Shown piece after piece: positions 1 through 11,784 of a stretch of DNA of 64,000 nucleotides. The position numbers and the translations under genes were made by a program. This DNA is from Eledone cirrhosa. Taxonomy: Eukaryota. The DNA is taken from positions 13,950,001 through 14,014,000 of the forward strand of contig OZ024763.1 of the NCBI GenBank assembly GCA_964016885.1, written 5' to 3'. How positions within the stretch are numbered: the stretch's first letter is position 1; every line of letters begins with the position of its first letter. The notes beneath the pieces are model-generated. The model saw nothing but the letters and a program-made list of their open reading frames with translations. It made no database searches and was not told the DNA's origin.

Positions 1-660
1 GGATGTATAGAGAGAGAGAGGGAGGGGGGGGGATGGAAGGAGAGAGGGAAGGATGGATAGAGAGAGGGAGGGATGGAGAGAGGGAGGGATGGAAGGAGAG
101 GGAGGGAGGGGGAGAGGGAGGGATGGAGGGATGGAGAGAGAGAGAGAGATGGAGAGAGAGGGGGATGGAAGGTGAGAGAGAGAGAGGGGGATGGAAGGTG
201 AGAGAGAGAGAGGGATGGAAGGTGAGAGAGAGAGAGAGGGGGGAAAGGGATGGAAGGAGAGAGAGTAGGGATGGATGGATAGAGAGGAATGGATGGAGAG
301 AGAGTAGGGATGGATGGATAGAGAGGAATGGATGGAGAGAGAGGAAGAGGGATGGAGAGAGGGAGGGATGGAGAGAGGGAGGGATGGAGAGAGAGGGGGT
401 AGGAGAGAGAGAGGGGGATGGAAGGAGAGAGAGAGAGAGAGGGATGGAGAGAGAGGGGGTAGGGATGGATGGATAGAGAGAGGAATGGAAGGAGAGAGAG
501 AGAGAGGGGGATGGATGGAGAGGGATGGAAGGAGAGAGAGAGAGGGATGGATGGAGAGAGAGAGAGAGGGAGAGGGATGGAGAGAGGGATGTATGTAGAG
601 AGAGGGATGGATGGAGAGAGAGGGGGTAGGGATGGATGTAGAGTGAGAGGGATGGAGAGA
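1..660. repeat. Polypurine (GA/GGAT) low-complexity tract
   Basis: Almost only G and A, with recurring ggatggagagagag. Confidence 0.95.
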
Positions 661-691
661 GCTGAGAAATAGGAAAACATGTAAGACTTAC

Positions 692-749
692 TTTAAAGTT
701 TGACAGTACTTTTAGATTTTACAATTATAGGAATGACTCGACATGATAA
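692..749 (-). other. Candidate small exon
   Basis: tattttctatcttgtgtag acceptor and gtaagt donor; all frames reach a stop; phase-2 reading gives (S)YHVESFL*. Confidence 0.3.
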
Positions 750-782
750 CTACACAAGATAGAAAATATACAGAAACTAATA

Positions 783-942
783 TAATTGTTTCTACTTTTG
801 GCACAAGTCCAGCAATTACCCAGCGTATTACTGGTAATTTATTTTATCGACCCCGTAATGATGAAAGACAGTTAACCTCGGCCGGATTTGAACTCAGAAT
901 GGAAAGGGGCGTAATTCTATGCGTCAAAGCATGGCGTCCGAC
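783..942 (-). mobile_element. tRNA-derived SINE family A (Meta-domain-like core)
   Basis: Reverse complement of the ...ctttcatc...cggggtcgataaaataaa..accagtaa...gctggacttgtgccaaaagtagaaacaatta family seen about 12 times in the window. Confidence 0.85.
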
Positions 943-1407
943 GGTGTAGTGTGGTGATATGTGTGGTGATGTGTATGTCGTGGTGTGTGCACATGGTGTA
1001 TGAGTACACGTGTGGAGTATGTGGTGTGTAACGAGGGTGTGGTGTAATTGTGTGTATGTGTGAGTGTTTAATGTGCTGTGTTAATGAGTGGACTGGAGTA
1101 AAAAGGAGTCACACAATCTTTAAAAGACCCTAAATTAACTTGCCCTAATTACTATATATACTCAAATAAAAAAGGGATCGGCTTATAATTGAGAAATAGG
1201 ACAGAATCCAAACCCCATTTATAAGCCATGGTGGCTAATCAACAGACGACAGTTTTGAAATTCTCATGAGTGGAGAATATATTTATGAAGTTTTAATGTC
1301 ATTTAGAGTATAGTTTTTATTTCACTTCTTTATGTAATGAGTTACCATTTTCTGATTGATTTCAAGGTCATATTCATTAAAATCATCAAACATAATAGCA
1401 AATACAA

Positions 1408-4400
1408 ATTTCACCTCCAAATTGAAACTGGTGTAATATATCCACCACCAAAGTGAAACTGGTGTAATATATCCACCTCCAAAGTGTAAACTGGTGTAAT
1501 ATTCCAAAGTGTAAACTGGTGTAATATTCCAAAGTGTAAACTGGTGTAATATTCCAAAGTGAAACTGGTGAAATATTCACCTCCAAAGTGAAACTTGTGT
1601 AATATATCCACCACCAAAGTGAAACTGGTGTAATATATTCACCTGCAAAGTGAAACTGGTGTAATATATCCACATCCAAAGTGAAACTGGTGTAATATTC
1701 TAAAGTGAAACTGGTGTAATATTCACCTCCAAAGTGTAAACTGGTGTAATATTCCAAAGTGAAACTGGTGTAATATTCACCTCCAAAGTGTAAACTGGTG
1801 TAATATTCCAAAGTGAAACTGGTGTAATATTCCAAAGTGAAACTGGTGTAATATATCCACCACTAAAGTGAAACTGGTGCACTATTCACCTGCAAAGTGA
1901 AACTGGTGTAATATATGCACATCCAAAGTGAAACTGGTGCAATATTCACCTACAAAGTGAAACTGGTGTAATATTCCAAAGTGAAACTGGTGTAATATTC
2001 ACCTCCAAAGTGTAAACTGGTGTAATATTCCAAAGTGAAACTGGTGTAATATTCACCTCCAAAGTGTAAACTGGTGTAATATTCCAAAGTGAAACTGGTG
2101 TAATATTCACCTCCAAAGTGTAAACTGGTGTAATATTCCAAAGTGAAACTGGTGTAATATATCCACCACCAAAGTGAAACTGGTGTAATATATTCACCTG
2201 CAAAGTGAAACAGGTGTAATATATCCACATCCAAAGTGAAACTGGTGTAATATTCCAAAGTGAAATTGGTGTAATATTCCAAAGTGAAACTGGTGTAATA
2301 TTCCAAAGTGAAACTGGTGTAATATTCCAAAGTGAAACTGGTGTAATATTCCAAAGTGAAACTGGTGTAAAATTCACCTCCAAAGTGTAAACTGGTGTAA
2401 TAATCCAAAGTGAAACTGGTGTAATATATTCACCTGCAAAGTGAAACAGGTGTAATATATCCACATCCAAAGTGAAACTGGTGCAATATTCACCTACAAA
2501 GTGAAACTGGTGTAATATTCCAAAGTGAAATTGGTGTAATATTCCAAAGTGAAACTGGTGTAATATTCCAAAGTGAAACTGGTGTAATATTCACCTCCAA
2601 AGTGTAAACTGGTGTAATATTCACCTCCAAAGTGTAAACTGGTGTAATATTCCAAAGTGAAACTGGTATAATAATCCAAAATGAAACTGGTGTAATATAT
2701 CCACCACCAAAGTGAAACTGGTGTAATATATTCACCTGCAAAGAGAAACAGGTGTAATATATCCACATCCAAAGTGAAACTGGTGTAATATATCGACATC
2801 CAAACTGAAACTGGTGTAATATATTCACCTGCAAAGTGAAACTGGTGTAATATATTCACGTGCAAAGTGAAACTGGTGTAATATATCCACATCCAAAGTG
2901 AAACTGGTGTAATATATTCACCTGCAAAGTGAAACTAGTGTAATATATCCAAAGTGAAACTGGTGTAATATTCTAAAGTGTAAACTGATGTAATATTCCA
3001 AAGTGAAACTGGTGTAATATATCCACCACCAAAGTGAAACTGGTGTAATATATCCACCTGCAAAGTGAAACTGGTGTAATATATCCACATCCAAACTGAA
3101 ACTGGTGTAATATATTCACCTGCAAAGTGAAACTGGTGTAATATATCCACCTCCAAAGTGAAACTGGTGTAATATTCCAAAGTGAAACTGGTGTAATATT
3201 CACCACCAAAGTGTAAACTGGTGTAATATTCCAAAGTGAAACTGGTGTAATATTCACCTCCAAAGTGTAAACTGGTGTAATATTCCAAAGTGAAACTGGT
3301 GTAATATATCCACCACTAAATTGCAACTGGTGCAATATTCACCTGCAAAGTGAAACTGGTGTAATATATGCACATCCAAAGTGAAACTGGTGCAATATTC
3401 ACCTACAAAGTGAAACTGGTGTAATATTCCAAAGTGAAACTGGTGTAATATTCACCCCCAAAGTGTAAACTGGTGTAATATTCACCTCCAAAGTGTAAAC
3501 TGGTGTAATATTCCAAAGTGAAACTGGTGTAATATTCACCTCCAAAGTGTAAACTGGTGTAATATTCCAAAGTGAAACTGGTGTAATATTCACCTCCAAA
3601 GTGTAAACTGGTGTAATATTCCAAAGTGAAACTGGTGTAATATTCCAAAGTGAAACTGGTGAAATATTCACCTCCAAAGTGAAACTGGTTAATATATCCA
3701 CCACCAAAGTGAAACTGGTGTAATATATCCACCACCAAAGTGAAACAGGTATAATATATCCACATCCAAAGTGAAACTGGTGTAATATATCCACCTCCAA
3801 AGTGAAACTGGTGCAATATTCACCTACAAAGTGAAACTGGTGTAATATTCCAAAGTGAAATTGTTGTAATATTCCAAAGTGAAACTGGTGTAATATTCCA
3901 AAGTGTAAACTGGTGTAATATTCCAAAGTGAAACTGGTGTAATATTCACCTCCAAAGTGTAAACTGGTGTAATATTCCAAAGTGAAACTGGTGTAATATT
4001 CACCTCCAAAGTGTAAACTGGTGTAATATTCCAAAGTGAAACTGGTGAAATATTCACCTCCAAAGTGAAACTGGTGTAATATTCCAAAATGAAACTGGTG
4101 TAATATTCCAAAATGAAACTGGTGTAATATTCCAAAATGAAACTGGTGTAATATTCCAAAGTGAAACTGGTGTAATATTCTAAAGTGAAACTGGAATAAT
4201 ATTCACCTCCAAAGTGTAAACTGGTGTAATATTCCAAAGTGAAACTGGTGTAATATTCACCTCCAAAGTGTAAAATGGTGTAATATTCTAAAGTGAAACT
4301 GGTGTAATATTCACCTCCAAAGTGTAAACTGGTGTAATATTGCAAAGTGAAACTGGTGTAATATATCCACCACCAAAGTGAAACTGGTGCAATATTCACC

Positions 4401-4550
4401 TACAAAGTGAAACTGGTGTAATATTCCAAAGTGAAACTGGTGTAATATTCACCCCCAAAGTGTAAACTGGTGTAATATTCACCTCCAAAGTGAAACTGGT
4501 GTAATATTCACCTTCAAAGTGAAACTGGTGCAACATTCATCTCCAAAGAG
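1408..4550. repeat. Minisatellite, about 24-33 bp variant units (CAAAGTG[T]AAACTGGTGTAATATT[CACCT]C)
   Basis: More than 100 units with a small set of recurring variants; explains all ORFs from 1322 to 4399. Confidence 0.95.
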
Positions 4551-4879
4551 AAAATATTATAGCACCTCATTTACATATAATTTTTAAGTTGGTGAAATCA
4601 AAATATTGACCTCGAAGACAAGTCCTCCTCCCTATTTTACCATCAATATTTTGTCTCATTTATCGACATATATACAAGTATATACAATATTTACTTTACA
4701 TAAATTATCAAAAGATTTGCTATTTATGTAAACAGAATTATCCGAAACTAAATCTAATAAAATTTCTTTTAATTAAATTTAAGAAAAAAAAAAATAGTTT
4801 GAAAGAAAACTAGAGATCACTGCTCCGACCAAGGTGTAGGAGTCACTGATTTTGACCAAGGTGTAGGGGTCACGACATA

Positions 4880-5055
4880 CAAAATAAACAGTACTCACTG
4901 TAAATGTGGTTAGCGTTTGGAAAGGCTTCCAGCTGTTAAAGCGAAGCCAAGATCAGTTCTGTATGAGCAAGACATGGTCACCTGACCTGGCTTTGCCCAC
5001 AATAGGACAACTCGTCTAACCCATGCAAGCGTAGAAAAATGGACATTAAATTGTG

Positions 5056-5058
<3 letters not shown>
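4880..5058 (+). mobile_element. SINE family C 3' half with RTE-type tail
   Basis: Matches the reverse complement of 61180-61360 (ctcactgtaaatg..gtatgagcaagacatggtca..cgtctaacccatgc). Confidence 0.75.
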
Positions 5059-5089
<31 letters not shown>

Positions 5090-5119
5090 GTGTGTGTGTG
5101 TGTGTGTGTGTGAGAGTCT

Positions 5120-5297
5120 CGGGTTCAATCGAGGGGGAAACCACAGTAGGTAAAGTACTCAATACATTAGTAGAGTATATACAAAATATAATATAGAAAT
5201 AGCTTCTACAGGACTAGGAATATTTCATTCGAAGGAAATCATTAGGAAAGCCCCGATTTCCTTGAAATGAAAGTTCTAGTCCTGTAGAAGTCATTTC
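5120..5297. mobile_element. Penelope-like palindromic repeat
   Basis: Inverted arms cttctacaggactag...ctagtcctgtagaag; gtactcaatac flank shared with 15346-15530, 40345-40430 and 63787-63990. Confidence 0.55.
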
Positions 5298-5309
5298 TAT
5301 ATCATTCTG

Positions 5310-5769
5310 TTGACAAAGGGTTTCTCCCTACGAACGAAAATCCAGTTATATGATGCCTGTGTGAGATGGGCAGCAACTGCGGAGGATATGCGACGGCTGG
5401 AGAGAAATGAATCAAGCATGCTCCGTTGGATGTGCAATGTCAATGTGTGTGAACGACCAAGTATAGACGAGTTGAAAAAGAAACTGGGAATAAGAGGGAT
5501 AAGTTGTGGTGTGCAGGAGAGAAGACTGCGATGGTATGGACATGTGATGCGCATGGAGGATGACCGCTGGGTAAAGAAGTGCCAAGAAATCCCAGTAGAA
5601 GGAAGATGCAGTAGAGGAAGACCACGAAAATCATGGGCAGGAGTGGTGAGAGCTGACCTCAGATCGCTGAAACTCACAGATGACGACGAAGGACAGTGAC
5701 GATGGAGAGATGCTGTGCTGAATAGGACCCGTCCCACCCTTGCAAGCAGGAAAACTCAGACGTATGAAA

Positions 5770-5770
<1 letters not shown>
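5310..5770 (+). mobile_element. RTE-clade LINE 3' fragment (RT C-terminus and tail)
   Basis: RRLERNESSMLRWMCNV...ERRLRWYGHVMRM...EGRCSRGRPRKSW, then tail ccgtcccacccttgcaagcagg. Confidence 0.9.
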
Positions 5771-5822
<52 letters not shown>

Positions 5823-5884
5823 AGAATCAAATATACTACTTGACCAATATACTAATATGTATAGATAATATAGATATAACAAAC

Positions 5885-6027
5885 CTGTTGGTATAAACAT
5901 CAACACTGGTAGACTCCTTCAGTACAGGAGAGGGGCAGATGATACTCCTGGCTTGTGTTTGATCAATAGCATCACTCCTTCCCTCTGACACATAAATTTC
6001 TATTTGGTAGTGACCAGTTGTTTCCTC
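5885..6027 (-). other. Candidate exon of an unidentified gene or pseudogene
   Basis: tttctttcttagtag acceptor, CAG|gtttgt donor; open in phase 0: EETTGHYQIEIYVSEGRSDAIDQTQARSIICPSPVLKESTSVDVYTN. Confidence 0.45.
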
Positions 6028-6101
6028 CTACTAAGAAAGAAATACCACCAGGGGTCAGAAGGTTAATTTATGAGTTTTATTTATTTAGTTTATGTATCAT
6101 A

Positions 6102-6184
6102 TACAGGGTGTCCCCAAAAAATGTATACACGCTTCAACAATATTCTTATAAATATGTGTATGCATTTTGGGGGGTAACCCTTTA
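6102..6184. mobile_element. Tc1/mariner-type MITE
   Basis: TA-cagggtgtccccaaaaaatgtatacac ... gtgtatgcattttggggggtaaccctt-TA imperfect TIRs. Confidence 0.7.
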
Positions 6185-6486
6185 TTTGTGGCTGAATTTT
6201 TGTGGTGGTGGTGGAAGGTTATTGTAGCTGAGGGAAGGAAGGAAGGGAGGGAGAATGTAGATTGTATGTGTGTTGACTGTGCGTGCGTGTGTGTGTAAGT
6301 AGAAGAGAGAGAGAACCCGAGATGGGAGAGACACATACATGTATGTGTGTCTCCCATCTCACGTTCTCTCTCCCTTCTACTTGCACATGTGTATGTGTGT
6401 GTGTACCCCAACTCTTGGAGGAGTCGGGGCGCCATAAAGATGTAGAGTGTGCCTTGGGCATTTATAAACCTGGTGGAGCCCATCTC

Positions 6487-6542
<56 letters not shown>

Positions 6543-6570
6543 GAGAGAAAGAGAGAACACATACGCATGT

Positions 6571-6797
6571 TTAACCCTTTAGCATTTAAACTGGCCATAT
6601 CTGGCCAGAATTCTCTCACTTCTTTCTGTTCAAACCGACCGTAGCTAGCCACACATACTGATGTTAAGGTATTGTTTTCAACGTAAATAATATCATCATC
6701 AAAATCTCAGATTCGATGTGAATAATTATGTGAGATCAAGTCTTTACTGTGAAAATACAATAGTAGATATAGAGTAATGTGAATGCTAAAGTGTTAA
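6571..6797. mobile_element. piggyBac-type MITE
   Basis: TTAA-ccctttagcatt ... aatgctaaagtg-TTAA; second copy, inverted, at 47618-47826. Confidence 0.75.
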
Positions 6798-6861
6798 ATA
6801 CACACAAACACACACACAAACATACATATACACAGCCTTAATATAAACCAACAATACTTAC

Positions 6862-7047
6862 CATAGATATACAGTGTTGTTTACCATCTCCGGTCAGTTT
6901 AAACTGGAGATGGTAGACAGCCAGACCAATCTCAGAGATAATATTTACGTTTATGTTGACAGAGGGCAAATGGGTGGGTATTGGTGTGGTCAGCCAGAAC
7001 AATGACGTCCCCTTCTTCTGTAAGGTTGCCAGGACGGGACTGGGTCA
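6862..7047 (-). other. Candidate exon (non-coding, or decayed YWTD-like), ends ATG|gtaagt
   Basis: ttttgattttgtag acceptor and gtaagt donor; 186 nt; one frame gives NTHPFALCQHKRKLYL*DWS, another is open except for an initial TGA. Confidence 0.5.
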
Positions 7048-7149
7048 CTACAAAATCAAAACAATATTTGTTATATGAACAGTGTGTGTGTGAGTAGGGG
7101 GGTAATTTTTTGTGTGGGGGTTAATTTAGAGAATATAGGGTTAACATCA

Positions 7150-7440
7150 ACAATGTGGAGGTAATATGGCTAACATGAAGAGTGTGGTGTGCGTGTATGT
7201 GGGGGGCTAACATGAAGAGTGCGGTGGCGGGGAGGGGGGGTAAACATGGCGAGAGTGTGGTGGGGGGCAAACATGGCGAAAGTGTGTGATGGGGGGGGAC
7301 AAACATGGCGTGAGTGTGATGGGGGGACAAACATGGCGAGAGTGTGATGGGGGGACAAACATGGCGAGAGTGTGTGTGTGGGGGGACAAACATGGCGAGA
7401 GAGTGTGTGTGTGGGGGCTAACATGGAGATAGTGTGGGGG
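7150..7440. repeat. G-rich minisatellite (GGGGACAAACATGGCGAGAGTGTG)
   Basis: About 9 imperfect tandem units. Confidence 0.85.
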
Positions 7441-7520
7441 CTTTTGAACAGGAGGGGATATAGTATGCGTGTAGTTGTAGAAGGGTAACGTGTGTGTGTG
7501 TGTAGAGAGAGAGAGAGAGG

Positions 7521-7745
7521 GGCACGTGGCCTAGTGGTAAGGGTCTTGGACTTACAATCATAACATCGTGGGTTCGATTCCTGGGTTCTGTGTTGTGTTC
7601 TTGAGCAAAACACTTCATTTCACGTTGCTCCAGTAAACTCAGCTGAAAATGAGTACCAACAATAGATGGAGGTTTAACCCTGCGATGGACTGGCACCCTG
7701 TCGAGGGTGGTGTCTTGTACTCTCAGTCGCTTCATGCCATAATGC
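7521..7745 (+). mobile_element. tRNA-derived SINE family B (CORE-like body)
   Basis: A box tggcctagtgg, B box ggttcgattcc, then gtgttcttgagcaaaacacttcatttcacgttgctccag; related heads at 59215-59325 and 61590-61715. Confidence 0.85.
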
Positions 7746-8075
7746 ATTGAAAATCTAAGTCGTTTAACTACAGAGGTACAACGTCAAACCATTCTAGCCC
7801 ATTACTATAAAAAGTTATTTCAAAAATAAATAGATGATAAATAGAAAAAGAGAAATGGGGAATACATATACATACACAAATATATATAAATATATATATA
7901 TATATATATTTATTTATTAAAATAACAGATTAAAGTTTAAGCAAAGAATCGCTGCTTTCACCCTTAACGGGATCTGTTATTTTAATAAATATTTGCTCTA
8001 CGGTTCTTATATATTTGATATATATTCATCCTTATCGAGCCCTCTTTGGATTTTAGTCTTCAAATTTATTATTAT

Positions 8076-8117
<42 letters not shown>

Positions 8118-8122
<5 letters not shown>

Positions 8123-8910
8123 TGAGTTTTATTATTTATGGAAATATAATAATATCCCCCACCCCTATATATATATAGGGGTGGGGGATATTATTATATT
8201 GCCAGAAATAATAAAACTCACTTTTTGGTTTGGGTTGGATTTCACTTCCATATATTTTATATCTATCCCTATAGTTAATTTAACTAGCAATCAATGTTTT
8301 ATTGATTGACCAACAGTTTTATATATATATATATATATATAGTCTCCCAGAGTTCTTTCGTCACACACCTGTGACATCAGTGATACTATTGTTTCTTCCT
8401 GTTGTATTGTAATGATGGTACAACAACCAATCAAAGGCCATAAGAAAGATTAAAGTGGTAGAAAAGCCAGGATCTACTATAAAATCCCTGAATTAGGGAA
8501 GCAACTGAAATAGAACCAAGAAAACCGAAGTAGAACAAAACCTGAATGGAACAACAACAACCATACAAATACACACTAGTGACCAAAGATAGAATACAAA
8601 CACGAACAAAAACCAAACAGAAAACGCGCATAGAAACACATTGGGAAATCGAGACAAATAAATAAACAATTGAATAAGTAAACATTACAACGGGAGGAAA
8701 CAATAATATCACTGATGATGTCACAAGTGTGTGATGAAAGAATTCAGACTATAAATAAATATATATAAACAGTTGGTCAATCAATGATAAACATTGATTG
8801 CCAGCTAAATTAACTATAGGGATGTAGAATATACGGAAGCCAAAACCAACCCAACCCAAACTGTTTTATTATATATTTCTAGCAATACTATAACAATATG
8901 ACCCTCCCCA
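8118..8910. mobile_element. Nested inverted repeat, probably Penelope-derived
   Basis: Palindrome 8118-8226 centred on (TA)n; arms about 8180-8415 and 8680-8910 are reverse complements; CTGATGA...GAAA core at 8712-8739. Confidence 0.6.
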
Positions 8911-9132
8911 AATATAATTTGTTTCGACATGCGATTTCATATAAAAAAACGTTGCAAACAAATTAGTTCGGATCTAGCTGTCGAAACATCTAGCTTCTGT
9001 GTTTTTTTTTCTTTTGTTTTTCCTTTCCCTTTCCTTTATATTATATTATATTATATTATATATTTGTTTGTGCTTTCGTTCTGTAAATATTGTATTATAT
9101 TTCTTTTTATAAGAAATATAATACAATTTTAA

Positions 9133-9322
9133 GGGCAGTAGATTGGCAGTATCAGTAGAGAGTCGGACACCATGCTTTGCAGCAAAGAGTCACGGCCCTT
9201 TACGCTCTCAGTTCAAATCCCGCTGAGGTTAACTTTACCTTTCATCCTTACGGGGTCGATAAAATAAAGTACCAGTCATGCACTGGGATAATTGCTGGCC
9301 TTGTGCCAAAAGTAGAAACAAT
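9133..9322 (+). mobile_element. SINE family A, full length
   Basis: tRNA-like head (gattggcagtatc...gttcaaatcc), core cctttcatccttacggggtcgataaaataaagtaccag, tail agtagaaacaat. Confidence 0.9.
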
Positions 9323-10311
9323 GATATTTCTTTTTATACAAAATAAAATTTAAATCATCTATAATACTTAGATACAACAATACAATAAAAATATTGCAAA
9401 TGAGAGGTGTCATTTACCTTTAATCTCACCTCTTCCCATTAGATCTATATTTTTCTTCTGGAATACTGTATTAACATTTATATTTTCATGTCTATATTAT
9501 TAAGTATTAAGGTTGTTATATAATATTTAGAGTACAGTCTACAGACAAGGGGAAGTAGGGAAGGGATAATTATTTAAAAACTGATCTCTCAACTCCATCT
9601 TTATTTAGCTTACCCCAGGGTTTCCCAACCTGGGCGATTTCATATATACGGACACACATATATTCATTAAATAATAGCCCTTCTTTAATATTTAACTCTG
9701 CACCTTAAGCATTGAGCACACCTCGCTTCGGCTATTGGCGTCTAGTATACTGTACCACACTTTTTTGTCTCCTCTTTTCTTATGATACATATCTTCTCTT
9801 TAATATATATATATATTTATATATATATACACACATACATGCATAAACACTTCTATGCAAATACTCATACAGATATATTAAAAGCACATATATACCAGCA
9901 TAATAACGATTGACAAACCATCAGGACACATGCTTGCTCGTGTGAAAACCGAACTTGCTACTCTACGTACACTGACGGAAACAGATATGTACATAAACAC
10001 ACAAATAGAACTGGTATGACTTATATAGGTACATCAAAGATTTTGTTCCAATATTGAACCATTCGAGGTAGTTAGAACGAAGTAGCAGTGTAGTACTGGG
10101 GTCAATTCTTCATCCTTACAGGGTCGATAAAATAAAGTACCATTAATGCACTGGGTAATTGCTGGCCTTGTGCCAAACGTAGAAACAATTATTATAAATA
10201 CTTATATACACACAAGCTTAAACAGGTATACATACGTACGCTTATCTAGACTCGTACGTACATAAACGTTTATAAATAAAAGCCGAAGCTGATAAAAAGA
10301 ACATAGCTTAC

Positions 10312-10502
10312 CATATCGAATTTGGAAGGATGCACATAACGTTGCTTCAACATGGTCCCATCATTATTTTCTGATACGATTATTGTATACGCAACACAAG
10401 TTTAAAGGGCTATCTGTTTAGAAACCATCAAGCCAGGCTACCATCTATACACTGAGGTATGACAGTTGAAGGACATCAGGTGGTTGTAGCATCAAATCAA
10501 AC
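10312..10502 (-). other. Candidate non-coding exon, ends ATG|gtaagc
   Basis: ttatttttatctctttag acceptor; no frame open across it; paralogue at 16062-16246. Confidence 0.4.
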
Positions 10503-11751
10503 CTAAAGAGATAAAAATAAAAGTCATGATATATTTTCTGAAAACTACAGAATAGTAAAAGACATGTCGACACCTTTGCGGTATTAATAAGACTGAGAAA
10601 GGTATGAACGCCACCACGTCAATTAAGCTTCGAAAATAGAAAGTAGGTTTATATATCTATTAATTTTCATTTTCTTCCCCAATTCTGTATTTTGAAGTGC
10701 TTTCATTATTTTAAATATTTCTATCATGTCACTCGTTTGATTAATCTCCTCCAAAGTTGTAATTCTAAGTGTTTGTCCTTGGTATAATGAACTAATGTTG
10801 ATATTTTCAAGTCTTGACATTTATATTGAATAGTGTACTAATATTTAAATAGTCTTTATATTTTTATCCTGCTCCCCTAAGATTTATCTCCTCAAAATTT
10901 ACAAAAGCTTCACATTTCTTTCACAAGATAGATCCTTAAATAATTATAGTGTTTTCTGTTTTCTTCTTCTGTGGGTTGCTTCAAGAGCCTCACCGTTTTT
11001 TCGGATGTCGATTGACCATGGCCCGAAACAATTTTCTCAGTGGTATCATACATATTCATCTAGAGTTTTAGATTTTTCAGCATTTAGCTAGGGAACAGAA
11101 TGTTTTATTTCTATTATCCGTTTCCCTGTTTTGCTTCAACATGGTTAGCCATCTTTCAATTCATATTCATACATATTCACAATTCTTCTGTGAGGGGTAT
11201 AAGAAGCTCGTTTTTGCTCCACATTCGATACCAAATCATGCTTCCTTTTTATAATTTCGTTGTATGGATATAATAATTAAAGTATATATATATATATATA
11301 TATATAAGCCATGTATATATATATATAGCTGCTTATTAACTCTTTCCCGAAACATTTATTTCTTCAAAATAAGGTAAGACATATCCCGAATAATATTGTA
11401 AGGTGTCTCAATAATTATTTCATTTCAATCAATTTTTCATTTCAGTTTTCTTTAGAAATATCTTGGCGTTGAAGATTTGTCCTTCTCATAGTAATTAGCT
11501 TGTCTCAAAATTGTTCGCAGTGTTTCCATGTTTAGTGTCACAAACTATCGTTAATTCAAGATTTTGCTCTAATGTAAGAAATGTTACTTTTAGAAGAGTG
11601 AAGCTCTCAATTTTTTCTTTCACTTGTATATTGATATCTAATGAATGACAAATGTACGTGTTATGTGATAGGAGAAAAAACACACAGCCTTCTTCCTTCG
11701 CTATAGAAGGCTAACTGACAATCTCGTTCGTAGGAGTGACAAGTAGTCGAC

Positions 11752-11784
11752 AACTGAGCATCACCTGTTACTGCCTTTTATATA
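11752..11784 (-). promoter_or_regulatory. TATA box plus initiator (TATATAAAAG...TCAGTT)
   Basis: Minus strand tatataaaaggcagtaacaggtgatgcTCAGTT, about 27-29 nt from TATA to the Inr A; retained in copy B at about 18690-18722. Confidence 0.5.

Noticed and set aside
3-672. Arg/Glu/Gly-rich ORFs
   Set aside because: Polypurine low-complexity sequence that lacks stop codons by composition
1322-4399. Multiple EYYTSFTL/NITPVSLW ORFs
   Set aside because: Minisatellite with unit lengths that shift frame continually
7521-7595. tRNA gene
   Set aside because: A/B boxes are present but the acceptor stem does not close and it continues into a SINE body found elsewhere in the window
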